Source: an uncultured Anaerolineales bacterium (GTDB lineage: Bacteria > Chloroflexota > Anaerolineae > Anaerolineales > UBA6663). Taken from it: a stretch of 64,000 nt of DNA. Each line of letters begins with the position of its first letter. The stretch's first letter is position 1. Below, piece after piece: positions 36,468-45,429 of the stretch. The stretch lies in NCBI GenBank assembly GCA_964480865.1, contig CAYZRP010000001.1, forward strand, positions 22,096-86,095, given 5' to 3'. The notes below the pieces were generated by a model that worked only from the letters and a program-made list of their open reading frames with translations, was not told the origin of the DNA and ran no database searches. The translations under genes and the position numbers were made by a program.

Positions 36468-37343
36468 CTACCCTTTGATGCCGACGCTGGCGATGCCGCC
36501 GATCAGGTACTTCTGGGCGAAGAAGTACAGCACCGCCGGCGGGACGACGCCGATCAGCGAACCGGCCATGATCAGGTTCCACTGGATGTTGTAACGACCC
36601 TTGAGCATGTTGAGCCCCAGTTGGATCGTGTAGTCGTCGTACTTGCTGATGTAGATCAGGGGGTCAAGGAACTCATTCCATGTCCACAGGAAGGTCAGCA
36701 CGCCCGTCACCACCATCGGCGGAACGCACAGCGGCAGGATGATCTTGATGAACACGTCCCAGGTCGAGGCGCCGTCGATCCGGGCCGCCTCGTCGAGGTC
36801 GCGCGGGATCGTCATGATGTACTGGCGCATCAGAAAGATGAAGAACGCGTTGCCGAAAAACGAAGGCACGATCAGGGGCAGGTAACTGCCCACCCAGCCC
36901 AACCACTGGAAGACGACGAAACGCGGCAGGAGCATGATCTGGCCCGGGATCATGAGCGTCGCCAGGAGCAGCATGAACAGCATGTTGCGCCCCGGGAAGC
37001 GCAGACGGGCGAAGGCGAAGGCCACAAGCGTGCACGAGAAGAGATGGCCGATGATGTTCATCACCGCGATGAACAGCGAGTTGAGCCCGAACCGCACAAA
37101 CGGGATCTGGGTCAGGACGTCGGTGAAGTTCTGCCAGCGGATCGGATCTGGCCAGTAGACCGGTGGCCACGCAAAGATCTGACCGGGCTCCTTGAAGGCG
37201 GTCAGCGCCATCCAACCGATGGGGATGCCGACCATGACCAGGGCGAGCCCGGTGAGGGTCAGGAAGACCAGGATGGAGTTCAGGTGCCGCAGGGCGGCCA
37301 GGGCAGGGCGACCAGCCGGCTTCGGGACGTCGAGCACGCTCAT
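36468..37343 (-). CDS. Carbohydrate ABC transporter permease (MalG-like)
   Basis: EAA loop DLDEAARIDGASTWDVFIKIILPLCVP. Start at 37343 forms an ATGA overlap with the upstream permease stop. Confidence 0.85.
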   Translation of the reverse strand: MSVLDVPKPAGRPALAALRHLNSILVFLTLTGLALVMVGIPIGWMALTAFKEPGQIFAWPPVYWPDPIRWQNFTDVLTQIPFVRFGLNSLFIAVMNIIGHLFSCTLVAFAFARLRFPGRNMLFMLLLATLMIPGQIMLLPRFVVFQWLGWVGSYLPLIVPSFFGNAFFIFLMRQYIMTIPRDLDEAARIDGASTWDVFIKIILPLCVPPMVVTGVLTFLWTWNEFLDPLIYISKYDDYTIQLGLNMLKGRYNIQWNLIMAGSLIGVVPPAVLYFFAQKYLIGGIASVGIKG

Positions 37344-38257
37344 GCGTCGTTGCCCTTTCCTTCGGACTCGTAGTAGACCCACAGCGGAGAACTGCGGAAG
37401 ACCAGGGCCGTGAACCCCATGATGATGACGGCCATGATCCAGGCCAGCGCTGAGGCATAGCCCATATCGAAGTCCTCAAAGGCCGTCCGGAACATGTAGA
37501 ACATGTAGAAGAGCGTCGAGCGCGCCGGGCCGCCGCCGGTGATGACGTACACGGCCGTGAACACCTGAAACGCGTCGATGAGCTCCATCACCAGCTGGAA
37601 CAGGATCGTGGGCGAAAGCATCGGCAGCGTGACGTTCCAGAACTTCGCCCACAGCCCGGCGCCGTCGATCTCGGCCGCCTCGTACAGGTGTGGCGGGATG
37701 TTTTGCAGCCCGGCTAGGTAGATGATGGCGCCGCCGCCGACCCGCCACAGGCTCATCAACGCCACGCTCGGCAGGGACCACTCCGGGCTCCAGAACCAGT
37801 TCGGCCCCTGGATCCCGACCATCGCCAGCAGCGTGTTGGCCACGCCATACTCGGGGTTGAGCAGCCACATCCACATCAACGCCACCGAGACGCCCGACAG
37901 CACGACCGGCAGATAGAACAGCGTGCGGAAGATCCGCATGCCCGGCACCGGATTGTTGAGCAGCAGCGACAGCCCCAGCCCGGCCGCCAGGTTGAGCGGC
38001 AGCGAGATCGCCACGTACGTGAACGTGACGCGCATCGATTGCCAGAAGTCCGGATCCTTTGTGAAGATCCGGACGTAGTTGTCGAGGCCGACCCACTTCG
38101 GCGGCACCGTGATCTGCCAGTCGGTGAAACTCAGGCCAAGCGAGGCGATAAACGGCCCGAGCGTGAACACCAGGAATCCGATCAGCCACGGGCTGATGCC
38201 GATGTAGCCTTCGATGGCTTCGCGCGTCGCGGGGCGGAGGTTGAGGCGTTCTGGCAT
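37340..38257 (-). CDS. Carbohydrate ABC transporter permease (MalF-like)
   Basis: EAA loop HLYEAAEIDGAGLWAKFWNVTLPMLSP. Six TM segments. RBS gaggt upstream of ATG 38257. Confidence 0.85.
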   Translation of the reverse strand: MPERLNLRPATREAIEGYIGISPWLIGFLVFTLGPFIASLGLSFTDWQITVPPKWVGLDNYVRIFTKDPDFWQSMRVTFTYVAISLPLNLAAGLGLSLLLNNPVPGMRIFRTLFYLPVVLSGVSVALMWMWLLNPEYGVANTLLAMVGIQGPNWFWSPEWSLPSVALMSLWRVGGGAIIYLAGLQNIPPHLYEAAEIDGAGLWAKFWNVTLPMLSPTILFQLVMELIDAFQVFTAVYVITGGGPARSTLFYMFYMFRTAFEDFDMGYASALAWIMAVIIMGFTALVFRSSPLWVYYESEGKGNDA

Positions 38258-38270
38258 GCTTACCTCAGGG

Positions 38271-38426
38271 CGACGAACGACGAATGACGAACGACGAAGG
38301 TCAGGTGGCCGTGATGACAGGCCTTATGCCGGCCGAGAGTGGCACGCGGCTCGTGCGCTACTCTCGGGCCTGGGCACAACCTTCGTCATTCGTCCTTCGT
38401 CATTCGTCTGCTTTCGTCATTGGTCA
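38271..38426. repeat. Heptamer-array hairpin element B (YGACGAA units) between the SBP and permease genes
   Basis: Left arm cgacgaa/cgacgaa/tgacgaa/cgacgaa/gg (38271-38300). Right arm cc/ttcgtca/ttcgtcc/ttcgtca/ttcgtct (38380-38409), plus ttcgtca/ttggtca extending to 38426. The arms pair at 26 of 29 positions. The 79-nt loop contains an inner hairpin (gccgagagt...actctcgggc). Confidence 0.65.
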
Positions 38427-38435
38427 GCCGACCAG

Positions 38436-39779
38436 CTAGCTCAACCCCAGCGCCTTGCGCTCAGTGTCGACGATCTCCTGAGCGGCGGCCACAGCCGCGT
38501 CGAGCTCGCCCTTGATCTTGTCACGCTCGATGTCGCCCAGATAGATCCTGTCGTACAGGTCCTGGTTCAGGCGCGTGACCTTGCTGAAGTACGGGAAGCG
38601 CCCCGAGAACTCCCAGACCTGCGGGGTCTTGAGGATCTCGAAGAAGAACTTGACGCGCGCGTCATCCTTGGCCGGGTGCTCGGGCCACAACGCCGGGATG
38701 TTGGCCGTGTAGCCCTTGTTCTGGGCCTGCAGGAAGCGCTGGCCGTCCGTGCCTGTCATCCACTTCAGCCACTCCCAGGCCGCGTCCTTCTTCTGGCTGG
38801 CCTTGGGGATGCCCAGCTGGAGCGTCCAGCCGTTTGTGATGACTTCCTGGCCTTCGACCTTCGGATTATGCACAAGGCCGAACTTGACGCCTGAGCCATC
38901 GACGCGCTGGAACTGGCCGTTGTTGAGGCCGGCGAAGCCGAGGCGGCCGGTCATGAACAGATCGATCGGGCCGGTGCCCTCGGTGCTGAGTGCCTGGAAC
39001 TCCGAGAAGGTCGGCACCGCGCCGGAGCGTGCAAGGTCCCACATGAACTCGAAGGCCGCCACGGTCTCGGGCCCGTTCATGTAGCCGTCGACGACCTTGC
39101 CCTCGTTGTCGAAGGGGCGGGCGCCGAACGCGAAGAACTCCGCGCGCCAGACGCGCGTGGGCATCGCGGCGCCGAAGATCTTCTTGTCGCGATCGGTGAG
39201 GGCGACGGCGTCTTCCATCCACTGCTGCATCGTATAGCCCCACTCGGGGGCCTTCAGGCCCTTCTCACCGAACAGGGTCTCGTTGTAGAAGTACATGGTC
39301 GCGCCGACGCCGATCGGCATGCCGATGATCTGCTCGCCGTAGCGGCAGCGCGAGTCGAAGTGCACCTTCGAGTACATGCCGAGGTCGACCTTGTCGCGAT
39401 CGATGTAGGTGCGAAGATCCTCGGCCTGCGGGAACCAGTCCGCGCTCCAGAAAGTGGTGACGTCGGGCACGCCTGAGCCGGTGCCGAGCACCGTCGTCAT
39501 CTTCTCCGAGAAGCCGTCGTCGGGCAGGAAGGTGGCGTTGACCTTGACGGTCTTGCCAGCCTCGCTGGCCTGGAAGGCGTCGAGCCAGGCGCGCTGCGTG
39601 GGTTCGTCGCCGACGTCGGCGCCTCCGACCGTCCACCAATCGATCTCGGTGACCGGGACTGCAGTGGCCGGGACCGCTGTGGGGGTGGCCGCAGGTGTGC
39701 AGGCACCCAGGGCGAGGCCTGCGGTGGTGTAGCCCGCATATTGCAGGAAGGCACGGCGGGACAGGGTGTTGAGTTTCAT
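38436..39779 (-). CDS. Extracellular solute-binding lipoprotein, sugar ABC transporter (CUT1 type)
   Basis: ATG at 39779 follows ggaggaaag. MKLNTLSRRAFLQYAGYTTAGLALGAC gives a Tat-like RR motif plus lipobox. About 447 aa, family 1 SBP size. Confidence 0.85.
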   Translation of the reverse strand: MKLNTLSRRAFLQYAGYTTAGLALGACTPAATPTAVPATAVPVTEIDWWTVGGADVGDEPTQRAWLDAFQASEAGKTVKVNATFLPDDGFSEKMTTVLGTGSGVPDVTTFWSADWFPQAEDLRTYIDRDKVDLGMYSKVHFDSRCRYGEQIIGMPIGVGATMYFYNETLFGEKGLKAPEWGYTMQQWMEDAVALTDRDKKIFGAAMPTRVWRAEFFAFGARPFDNEGKVVDGYMNGPETVAAFEFMWDLARSGAVPTFSEFQALSTEGTGPIDLFMTGRLGFAGLNNGQFQRVDGSGVKFGLVHNPKVEGQEVITNGWTLQLGIPKASQKKDAAWEWLKWMTGTDGQRFLQAQNKGYTANIPALWPEHPAKDDARVKFFFEILKTPQVWEFSGRFPYFSKVTRLNQDLYDRIYLGDIERDKIKGELDAAVAAAQEIVDTERKALGLS

Positions 39780-39878
39780 GGGCAGCTTTCCTCCTCGGAC
39801 TGTCGAACGATGATTGGAGCAGTTGGGCATCAAGGCCAGCGATAGGTCCTGTCGACGGTCACCTCCTCTGAATGACGT

Positions 39879-40862
39879 TCACCGGATCAGGTCGGCCAAC
39901 TGGCTGGCTAACCGGCCCACATCCTCGTGGGCCGCGAAGCGCAAACACACGCCCGCAGGTTGGCGCACACGCGCGATCCATTCCGCAGGGATCACGCCGA
40001 CTCCCTGACGGGCGCCGGCGAGCGCGCCCACGACGGCCCCGATCGTGTCGGCGTCGCGGCCGAAGTTGCAGGCCCAGAACATCCCGCGCCTGAAGTCGCC
40101 GGCGGTGAGCCGGAACACGGCCAGGGCCTGCGGGATCGCTTCCGCGCTGACCGAGTGCACGGGCGTCCACAGGTCGTCGTGCAGGCGTTCCCAGGCGGCT
40201 TCGATCGAACCCGCTGCGGCGCAGATGGCGTCGGCGCGATCGAGCGCGCGACAGAGCCAGCTGTCAGTGGGGATAGGGCGTCGGGCAGCGTCGAGGATTT
40301 CGTCGGGCGTGCCGTCAACCATGGCGATGGACACCGCGGCTGCGACGGCCTGAGCTGCCCAGATCCCGTCGCCGTCATGGCTGACCTGGGCCTCGATGCC
40401 GGCGAGGGCGATCGCGCGCTCGGGGTCGCCGGCGCAAAGAATGCCGATCGGCGCGATGCGCATCGCGGCGCCGTCATCGTCGTTCATCACGTTGTCGCGG
40501 CCCGAGAGCGGCGGGAGGATGCCGCGCTGCAGGTTAGCCACCGCGCCGTACAGGGGCCGGCCACCCCGTTCGAAAAGGCCGCCCTGATCCAGGATCAAGC
40601 GCCGCCAGGTGTCGACCACGGCTTCCAGGGTCAGGTCGCCGCCGCAGTCGATCAGAGTCCGGGCGGTGAGCAGCGCGAACTCGGTGTCGTCGGTGCTGCG
40701 CGCCGCGCCGTTCAGCGACGTTGCCAGGCCGTAGCGCTTACGGTGTTCGTCGTTGCGCCCGAGATCGCCGAGGGCATCGCCCACCGCCAGCCCGAGCAGG
40801 GCGCCCTGCGCCTTTGTGGAGCGCAGCGCGGGATCGTCGATGAGCGCCTGTCGCGAGATCAT
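39879..40862 (-). CDS. ADP-ribosylglycohydrolase-family protein (first gene of the operon)
   Basis: ATG at 40862 follows ggagga. GALLGLAVGDALGDLG, STDDTEFALL and NFGRDADTIGAVVGALAGARQGVGVIPAEW are present. Confidence 0.8.
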   Translation of the reverse strand: MISRQALIDDPALRSTKAQGALLGLAVGDALGDLGRNDEHRKRYGLATSLNGAARSTDDTEFALLTARTLIDCGGDLTLEAVVDTWRRLILDQGGLFERGGRPLYGAVANLQRGILPPLSGRDNVMNDDDGAAMRIAPIGILCAGDPERAIALAGIEAQVSHDGDGIWAAQAVAAAVSIAMVDGTPDEILDAARRPIPTDSWLCRALDRADAICAAAGSIEAAWERLHDDLWTPVHSVSAEAIPQALAVFRLTAGDFRRGMFWACNFGRDADTIGAVVGALAGARQGVGVIPAEWIARVRQPAGVCLRFAAHEDVGRLASQLADLIR

Positions 40863-40890
40863 GGCTATCCTCCAGAGGTACGTCCGGATC

Positions 40891-40908
40891 TGCGGGAACG
40901 TTCCCACA
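40891..40908. promoter_or_regulatory. LacI-family operator (cre/PurR-like AACGTT core) upstream of the ARH/ABC operon
   Basis: tgcgggaacgttcccaca has a perfect 12-bp palindromic core gggaacgttccc. Located 29-46 nt upstream of ATG 40862. It is the exact reverse complement of the site at 41983-42000. Confidence 0.6.
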
Positions 40909-40967
40909 CTTGATCCAAAAAAGACGATCCACCGAACCGGGCTCGGTTCAGGGGATCGGGTACAGCG

Positions 40968-41978
40968 TCAGAAGCGCGGCGGCGCTGTGGTGCCGCGTAC
41001 GGCCAGCTGACAGGGCAGGGCGCGCAGGCGGCCCTGTGGTGGCGCATCGCCGTTCAGGCGTTCAAGCACGAACTGGGCGGCGACGTGGCCGGTTTCGTAT
41101 TTGGCTTTGACCATGGTGGTCAGCGGCGGCGTCGTGATCGCTGCCGGATAGATGTCGTCCATGCCGATGATCGAGAGGTCGCCGGGCACGTCGATGCCGG
41201 CTTCATGCGCCGCCTGCAGGGCGCCGATGGCGAGATTGTCGTTAGACGCGAAGACGGCCGTCGGGCGCTCGTGCAGCGCCAGCAACTGCCGCATGGCCCA
41301 GTGCCCGCCAGCGCGATCAAAGGGAGCCTCAACCACCAGTTGCTCATCGTGGGGCAGATTGTGGTTGCGCAAAAACTCGAGGTAGCCATTGAGGCGGGAT
41401 TGGGCCCAGCCGATGCGGTGCTGGCCCCAGATGAACCCGATGCGCCGATGCCCCAAAACGTAGAGGTAATTGAAGGCCTCGAGCGTGCCATTGTAGCTGT
41501 CGGAACCCACAACGTCGAAATTCTCGAAAGCATTGCCAACCCCCAGCACCACCGTCGGGGTTCGCAACGCGAGAAGGTCTTGATTCGTCACGGCCGTGGG
41601 GTTAATGACCAGGGCGTCGAACCGGTTGCGCCTCAGGGTGCGCAGGAAGCCCTTCTCGCGCTCGACGTCCCAGTCGCTGTTGGCCAGCACCACCGAGTAG
41701 CCGGCCGACTCGACAGTGTCCTGCAAACCGCGCGCCACTTCGGGCCAGAACGGGTTGGTGATGTCCGGGGTGACCAGCATCATCATGAAGGTCCGCTCGG
41801 TGCGCAGGCTGCTGGCGATTGCGTTGCGCTCGTAACCCAGATCTCGAATCGCGCGCAGGACGAGATCTTGCGTTTCAACGCTGACGCGTTGCCGATCGCC
41901 TTGCAGCACGCGCGACACCGTGGATTTGGAGACCCCGGCGCGCGCCGCGACATCGATGATGGTGGGTCGAGAAGGCAT
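40968..41978 (-). CDS. LacI-family transcriptional regulator
   Basis: MPSRPTIIDVAARAGVSKSTVSRVLQG HTH followed by a sugar-binding-fold effector domain. 336 aa. Confidence 0.9.
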   Translation of the reverse strand: MPSRPTIIDVAARAGVSKSTVSRVLQGDRQRVSVETQDLVLRAIRDLGYERNAIASSLRTERTFMMMLVTPDITNPFWPEVARGLQDTVESAGYSVVLANSDWDVEREKGFLRTLRRNRFDALVINPTAVTNQDLLALRTPTVVLGVGNAFENFDVVGSDSYNGTLEAFNYLYVLGHRRIGFIWGQHRIGWAQSRLNGYLEFLRNHNLPHDEQLVVEAPFDRAGGHWAMRQLLALHERPTAVFASNDNLAIGALQAAHEAGIDVPGDLSIIGMDDIYPAAITTPPLTTMVKAKYETGHVAAQFVLERLNGDAPPQGRLRALPCQLAVRGTTAPPRF

Positions 41979-41982
41979 GGAT

Positions 41983-42000
41983 GTGGGAACGTTCCCGCAA
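41983..42000. promoter_or_regulatory. Second copy of the LacI-family operator, at the regulator's own 5' end
   Basis: tgtgggaacgttcccgca ends only 5 nt upstream of the LacI ATG (41978). It faces the divergent FAD-oxidoreductase gene at 42255. Confidence 0.6.
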
Positions 42001-42254
42001 ACAGATTACGCGAAAGCGGCGTTGGGTGTCAAGACTCAATTGCGATCTGAGTGGGAGCCGCGATGGGTCCTGGCCGCAACGACACACGAGGTATAGTCCT
42101 GAGAACCAACCCGAGATCCTGAGTGGTTACGCTGACGATCTGACAAGGGCGACCCGTTCGAGGTCGTCAGCGCCGCCAGCCCTGGTCGCTGCGACTATCG
42201 GGTTGGTCCCTCTCATCCCTGGGTTTCGGTCCGGGGTAATCACGCGAGATCCAG

Positions 42255-43406
42255 ATGAGCAGCACTCGGCATTTTGAAGCGGTGGTTGTGGGTGGCGGCC
42301 TGGTCGGTAGCTCGATCGCCTATCACCTCGCCCGTGCCAGCGTCCCCACCTTGCTGATTGAGCAGGGTGATCTGGCCTCCGGCGCTTCAGGCGCGAACTT
42401 CGGCAACGTTCAGGTGGAGGACTCGGAGTTCGGCTTGAGCCTGGAACTGACTCTGCGCGGCTTCGCGCGTTTCGCTGATCTGCAGGCTGAGCTGGATTAT
42501 GACGTGGGCCTCCGGCGAACGGGCCAGCTCTTGTTGATCGAGAATCGCCGACAGATGGCGCTCATGCAGGAACGGGCGGTCCGCCTGAACGCAGCGGGCT
42601 TGCATACTGCGTTGCTGGACAACGCCACGCTAGGTCATCTGGAACAGCACGTGAACCCCGACGTTGCGCTGGGCGCGCTCTATCATCCCGACGAGGCCAC
42701 GCTGGATCCCTTCAGGCTCGTGCGTGCCTTCGTGTTGCGCGGTCAGGATCGAGGCCTGGAAGTCTGGACCCATACACGCGTGACGGGCATCGACATCCAG
42801 GGTGGGCGGGTGATAGGCGTCTCGACGCCGGTGGCGCGTGTGTCGGCCCGCTGGGTGATACTGGCCGCCGGTGCCTGGGCACACGAATTGGGCCGGCTGG
42901 CAGGCGTCGATCTGCCGATGGGCTGGATCCACGGTGAGGCAGCGATTACGGAACCCCTGGCACCGGTGGCGTCAAACGCGCTGGCCACGGCAGCCTTCTT
43001 TGAGGCGACAGCAGGCGCGGATGAACAGACCGTGGGGTTCTGTCTTCGCCAGCGTCCGCAGGGTCATGTCATGATCGGGGAGGCGGCCACGCTTACACGC
43101 GCCTTAAGCCGTCGGACGAGCGCCTCGGCTCTGCCCGCGATCGCGCGCGAGGCCGGTCGCTGGATACCCGGTTTGCGGCGCGCGCACGTGATCCGATCCT
43201 GGGCAATCCCTGTGGCGTTCACGGCCGACAACCGGCCGCTGTTGGGACCCGTTGACGGGATCGACGGCCTGGTCGCTGCGACAGCGCTCAAGAGCACCAT
43301 CATCTGGACACCGGTTGTCGGCGAGTTGGTGGCCGGCCTGATCGCGGACTCGCGTTGGGATGCGCGGCTCGATGAGTTCTCGCCTACCCGCCGCGACATC
43401 ACCTGA
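42255..43406 (+). CDS. FAD-dependent oxidoreductase (DAO / sarcosine-oxidase-beta-like family)
   Basis: N-terminal dinucleotide fold HFEAVVVGGGLVGSSIAYHLA...LLIEQGDLASGASGANFG. 383 aa. Confidence 0.8.
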   Translation: MSSTRHFEAVVVGGGLVGSSIAYHLARASVPTLLIEQGDLASGASGANFGNVQVEDSEFGLSLELTLRGFARFADLQAELDYDVGLRRTGQLLLIENRRQMALMQERAVRLNAAGLHTALLDNATLGHLEQHVNPDVALGALYHPDEATLDPFRLVRAFVLRGQDRGLEVWTHTRVTGIDIQGGRVIGVSTPVARVSARWVILAAGAWAHELGRLAGVDLPMGWIHGEAAITEPLAPVASNALATAAFFEATAGADEQTVGFCLRQRPQGHVMIGEAATLTRALSRRTSASALPAIAREAGRWIPGLRRAHVIRSWAIPVAFTADNRPLLGPVDGIDGLVAATALKSTIIWTPVVGELVAGLIADSRWDARLDEFSPTRRDIT

Positions 43407-43631
43407 CCGCTGAGCCAGAGATCGCCTGCGCACCATAGTGGTTGTGAGCATCCAGCAGAGACCGCGTTGGGCCGGGCGCCATTCGCTTCAGAAGCGGGGC
43501 CATGGCTGTGGCAGATGCTCCCATGTCCCGCGGGGTGGGAGAACGGCCGATGGTCGACAGATTGGCACAGGGCATGTGGTGGCGTCGCGCCGTTGTCCCA
43601 GGCAGCGACGCTCGTGACAAGACAGGCAGTC

Positions 43632-44207
43632 TCAGAAGACAGGCGGTGTAATCGCCGAAATGTAGGTGGCCTCGCCTTCACCTGACACCGTGAGTGAACT
43701 GAGGGTGCGGCCCTCGAAATAGATGCTGTCGCCAGCTTCGAGCTGGTACATCTGGCCCGAGATGACGACGTTGATCTTGCCGGTCAGCAGCACAAGGCAT
43801 TCCTCGGTCGGCTCGGCCAGCGGCGCCACGACGATGTTTCCATCCTCTGCCGTAACCCGCCCCTGAAATAGAACCATTTTCCGGTTCAGGGTAGGGGTCA
43901 GAATCTCGTATTGGATGTGACCGTTCGAAAGGTTCAGACGGCGGCGCTCATGTCTCCTGACCACCGGACTGCTTTCAGACGTAGCGGTGGCCATGAACAA
44001 CAGCGACGTGCCCAGGGCGGTCGAGACTTTGCGCAGCGAATCCAGAGTGGGGTTGGCTATCCCGCGCTCCAGATTGCTCAAGAATGTCGCGCTCAAACCT
44101 GTGGAGGCCGACAGGTCGCGCAGGCTGAGGTTCAGTTCGGTCCGCCTGGCCTTGATGTGGGAACCGATCCTCACGACTTCTTCATCGGGTGCGTTTTGAT
44201 CTGGCAT
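43632..44207 (-). CDS. XRE-family HTH regulator with a C-terminal cupin domain
   Basis: IGSHIKARRTELNLSLRDLSASTGLSATFLSNLERGIANPTLDSLRKVSTAL (HTH), plus a cupin-like C-terminus (ECLVLLTGKINVVISGQMYQLEAGDSIYFEG). Confidence 0.85.
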   Translation of the reverse strand: MPDQNAPDEEVVRIGSHIKARRTELNLSLRDLSASTGLSATFLSNLERGIANPTLDSLRKVSTALGTSLLFMATATSESSPVVRRHERRRLNLSNGHIQYEILTPTLNRKMVLFQGRVTAEDGNIVVAPLAEPTEECLVLLTGKINVVISGQMYQLEAGDSIYFEGRTLSSLTVSGEGEATYISAITPPVF

Positions 44208-44412
44208 GATAGGTAGCCCTCCCGCGGTGTTGCGGCGTGCACACGGCGAGTGATTTTACCGGTTCATCCTCTTGGCCGCTGAGCGCGCTGACAAAACCTC
44301 AGCGCGGTCTGGCGTGGATCTACCCTGCGCGCGGTTGCGCCCCGGCTGTCTCAAACGCCACTCAATGCGGGCGTCCGACCCGTGTGATACCCGAGCCTAC
44401 GGCCTCGTCGAA

Positions 44413-45408
44413 CTACCAGCGGGCATGGACCTGGCTGCGAATGCGCCGGTCATAGACAGACCTTGCCTGAGCATGCACCTCAGCCGATAGGGGCGGCCAC
44501 TCTGCCGCCCGCGCATTGTCCACTACCTGGGCCGGGTACTTGGCCCCTGGGATCGTGCACGTCACTGCCTCGAAATCCAGGATCCAGCGCAGCGCGAACT
44601 GCGCGAACGTCATCCCGGCGGCGACGAGCGGGCGAAGTTCCTCGACTGCGGCCAGCCCGGTCTGATAATCCACGCCACTGAACGTCTCGCCTTTGTCGAA
44701 GATCTCGCCGTTGCGGTTAACGACCCGATGATCGTCCGGCTCGAAGACGGTGTCGGGCTTCATCTTTCCGGTCAGCATGCCCGACGCCAGCGGCACGCGT
44801 GCGATGACGGCGACGCCGCGCCGAAGCGCTTCGCTGAAGAACAATTCGGCCGGACGCTGCCGGAACAGGTTGAACACGATCTGGATCGATTGGACGTTCG
44901 GGAACTCGATCGCCTTCAGACCCTCTTCCACCTTCTGGACACTGACGCCGTAGTGCTGGAGTTTGCCGGTCTGAACGATCTCGTCGAGCGCTCCGAAAGT
45001 CTCGGGCCTGTAATACACCTCGGGCGGCGGGCAGTGCAGTTGGAGCAGGTCGATCCGCTCGACGCCCAGGTTCTTCAGGCTCTGGTCGACGAACGCCTCG
45101 AGATTGACCCGGTTGTAGCCTTCGGCCACGTGCGGGTGCAACCTCCGGCCGGCCTTGGTCGCGATCAGGATCGGCTCCTGACGTTCGCGCTTCAACTGCC
45201 CGAGTAGCTTCTCGCTGTGCCCATCGCCGTTCGCGCCGTACACGTCCGACGTGTCGAAGAAGTTGATGCCCAGGTCGACCGCTTTGTGAAGCGCCGCGAG
45301 CGAGTCTCGGTCGTCGACATGCCCGAACTCGCCGCCGATCTCCCAGGCTCCGAAGCCGATCGGCGACACCTCCCAACCCGTCCTGCCAAAGCTGCGATTG
45401 CGCATCAA
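44413..45408 (-). CDS. Aldo/keto reductase
   Basis: RSFGRTGWEVSPIGFGAWEIGG...ALHKAVDLGINFFDTSDVYG...IDLLQLHCP is the canonical AKR pattern. 331 aa. Confidence 0.9.
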   Translation of the reverse strand: MMRNRSFGRTGWEVSPIGFGAWEIGGEFGHVDDRDSLAALHKAVDLGINFFDTSDVYGANGDGHSEKLLGQLKRERQEPILIATKAGRRLHPHVAEGYNRVNLEAFVDQSLKNLGVERIDLLQLHCPPPEVYYRPETFGALDEIVQTGKLQHYGVSVQKVEEGLKAIEFPNVQSIQIVFNLFRQRPAELFFSEALRRGVAVIARVPLASGMLTGKMKPDTVFEPDDHRVVNRNGEIFDKGETFSGVDYQTGLAAVEELRPLVAAGMTFAQFALRWILDFEAVTCTIPGAKYPAQVVDNARAAEWPPLSAEVHAQARSVYDRRIRSQVHARW

Positions 45409-45429
45409 GGTCTCCAGCGATGTCGTGCG

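Noticed and set aside
38271-38426. Whether the tandem short repeats (here and at 35551, 57384, 61332) could be CRISPR arrays.
   Set aside because: The units are only 7 nt, directly abutting with no spacers, and are arranged as inverted arms. No cas genes are in the window.
38214-38894. ORF of 226 aa (and 35488-35727) reading through the heptamer repeats (…TTNDERRRSGG…TTFVIRPSSFVCF…).
   Set aside because: The peptide periodicity is an artefact of translating 7-nt tandem units. The rest of the ORF is antisense to the SBP gene.
44284-44306. A short hairpin (cgcgctga caaaacc tcagcgcg) as the terminator of the Mch/AKR operon.
   Set aside because: The stem is only 8 bp with no U-tract, and it lies more than 100 nt from the AKR stop. 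This is too weak to annotate.
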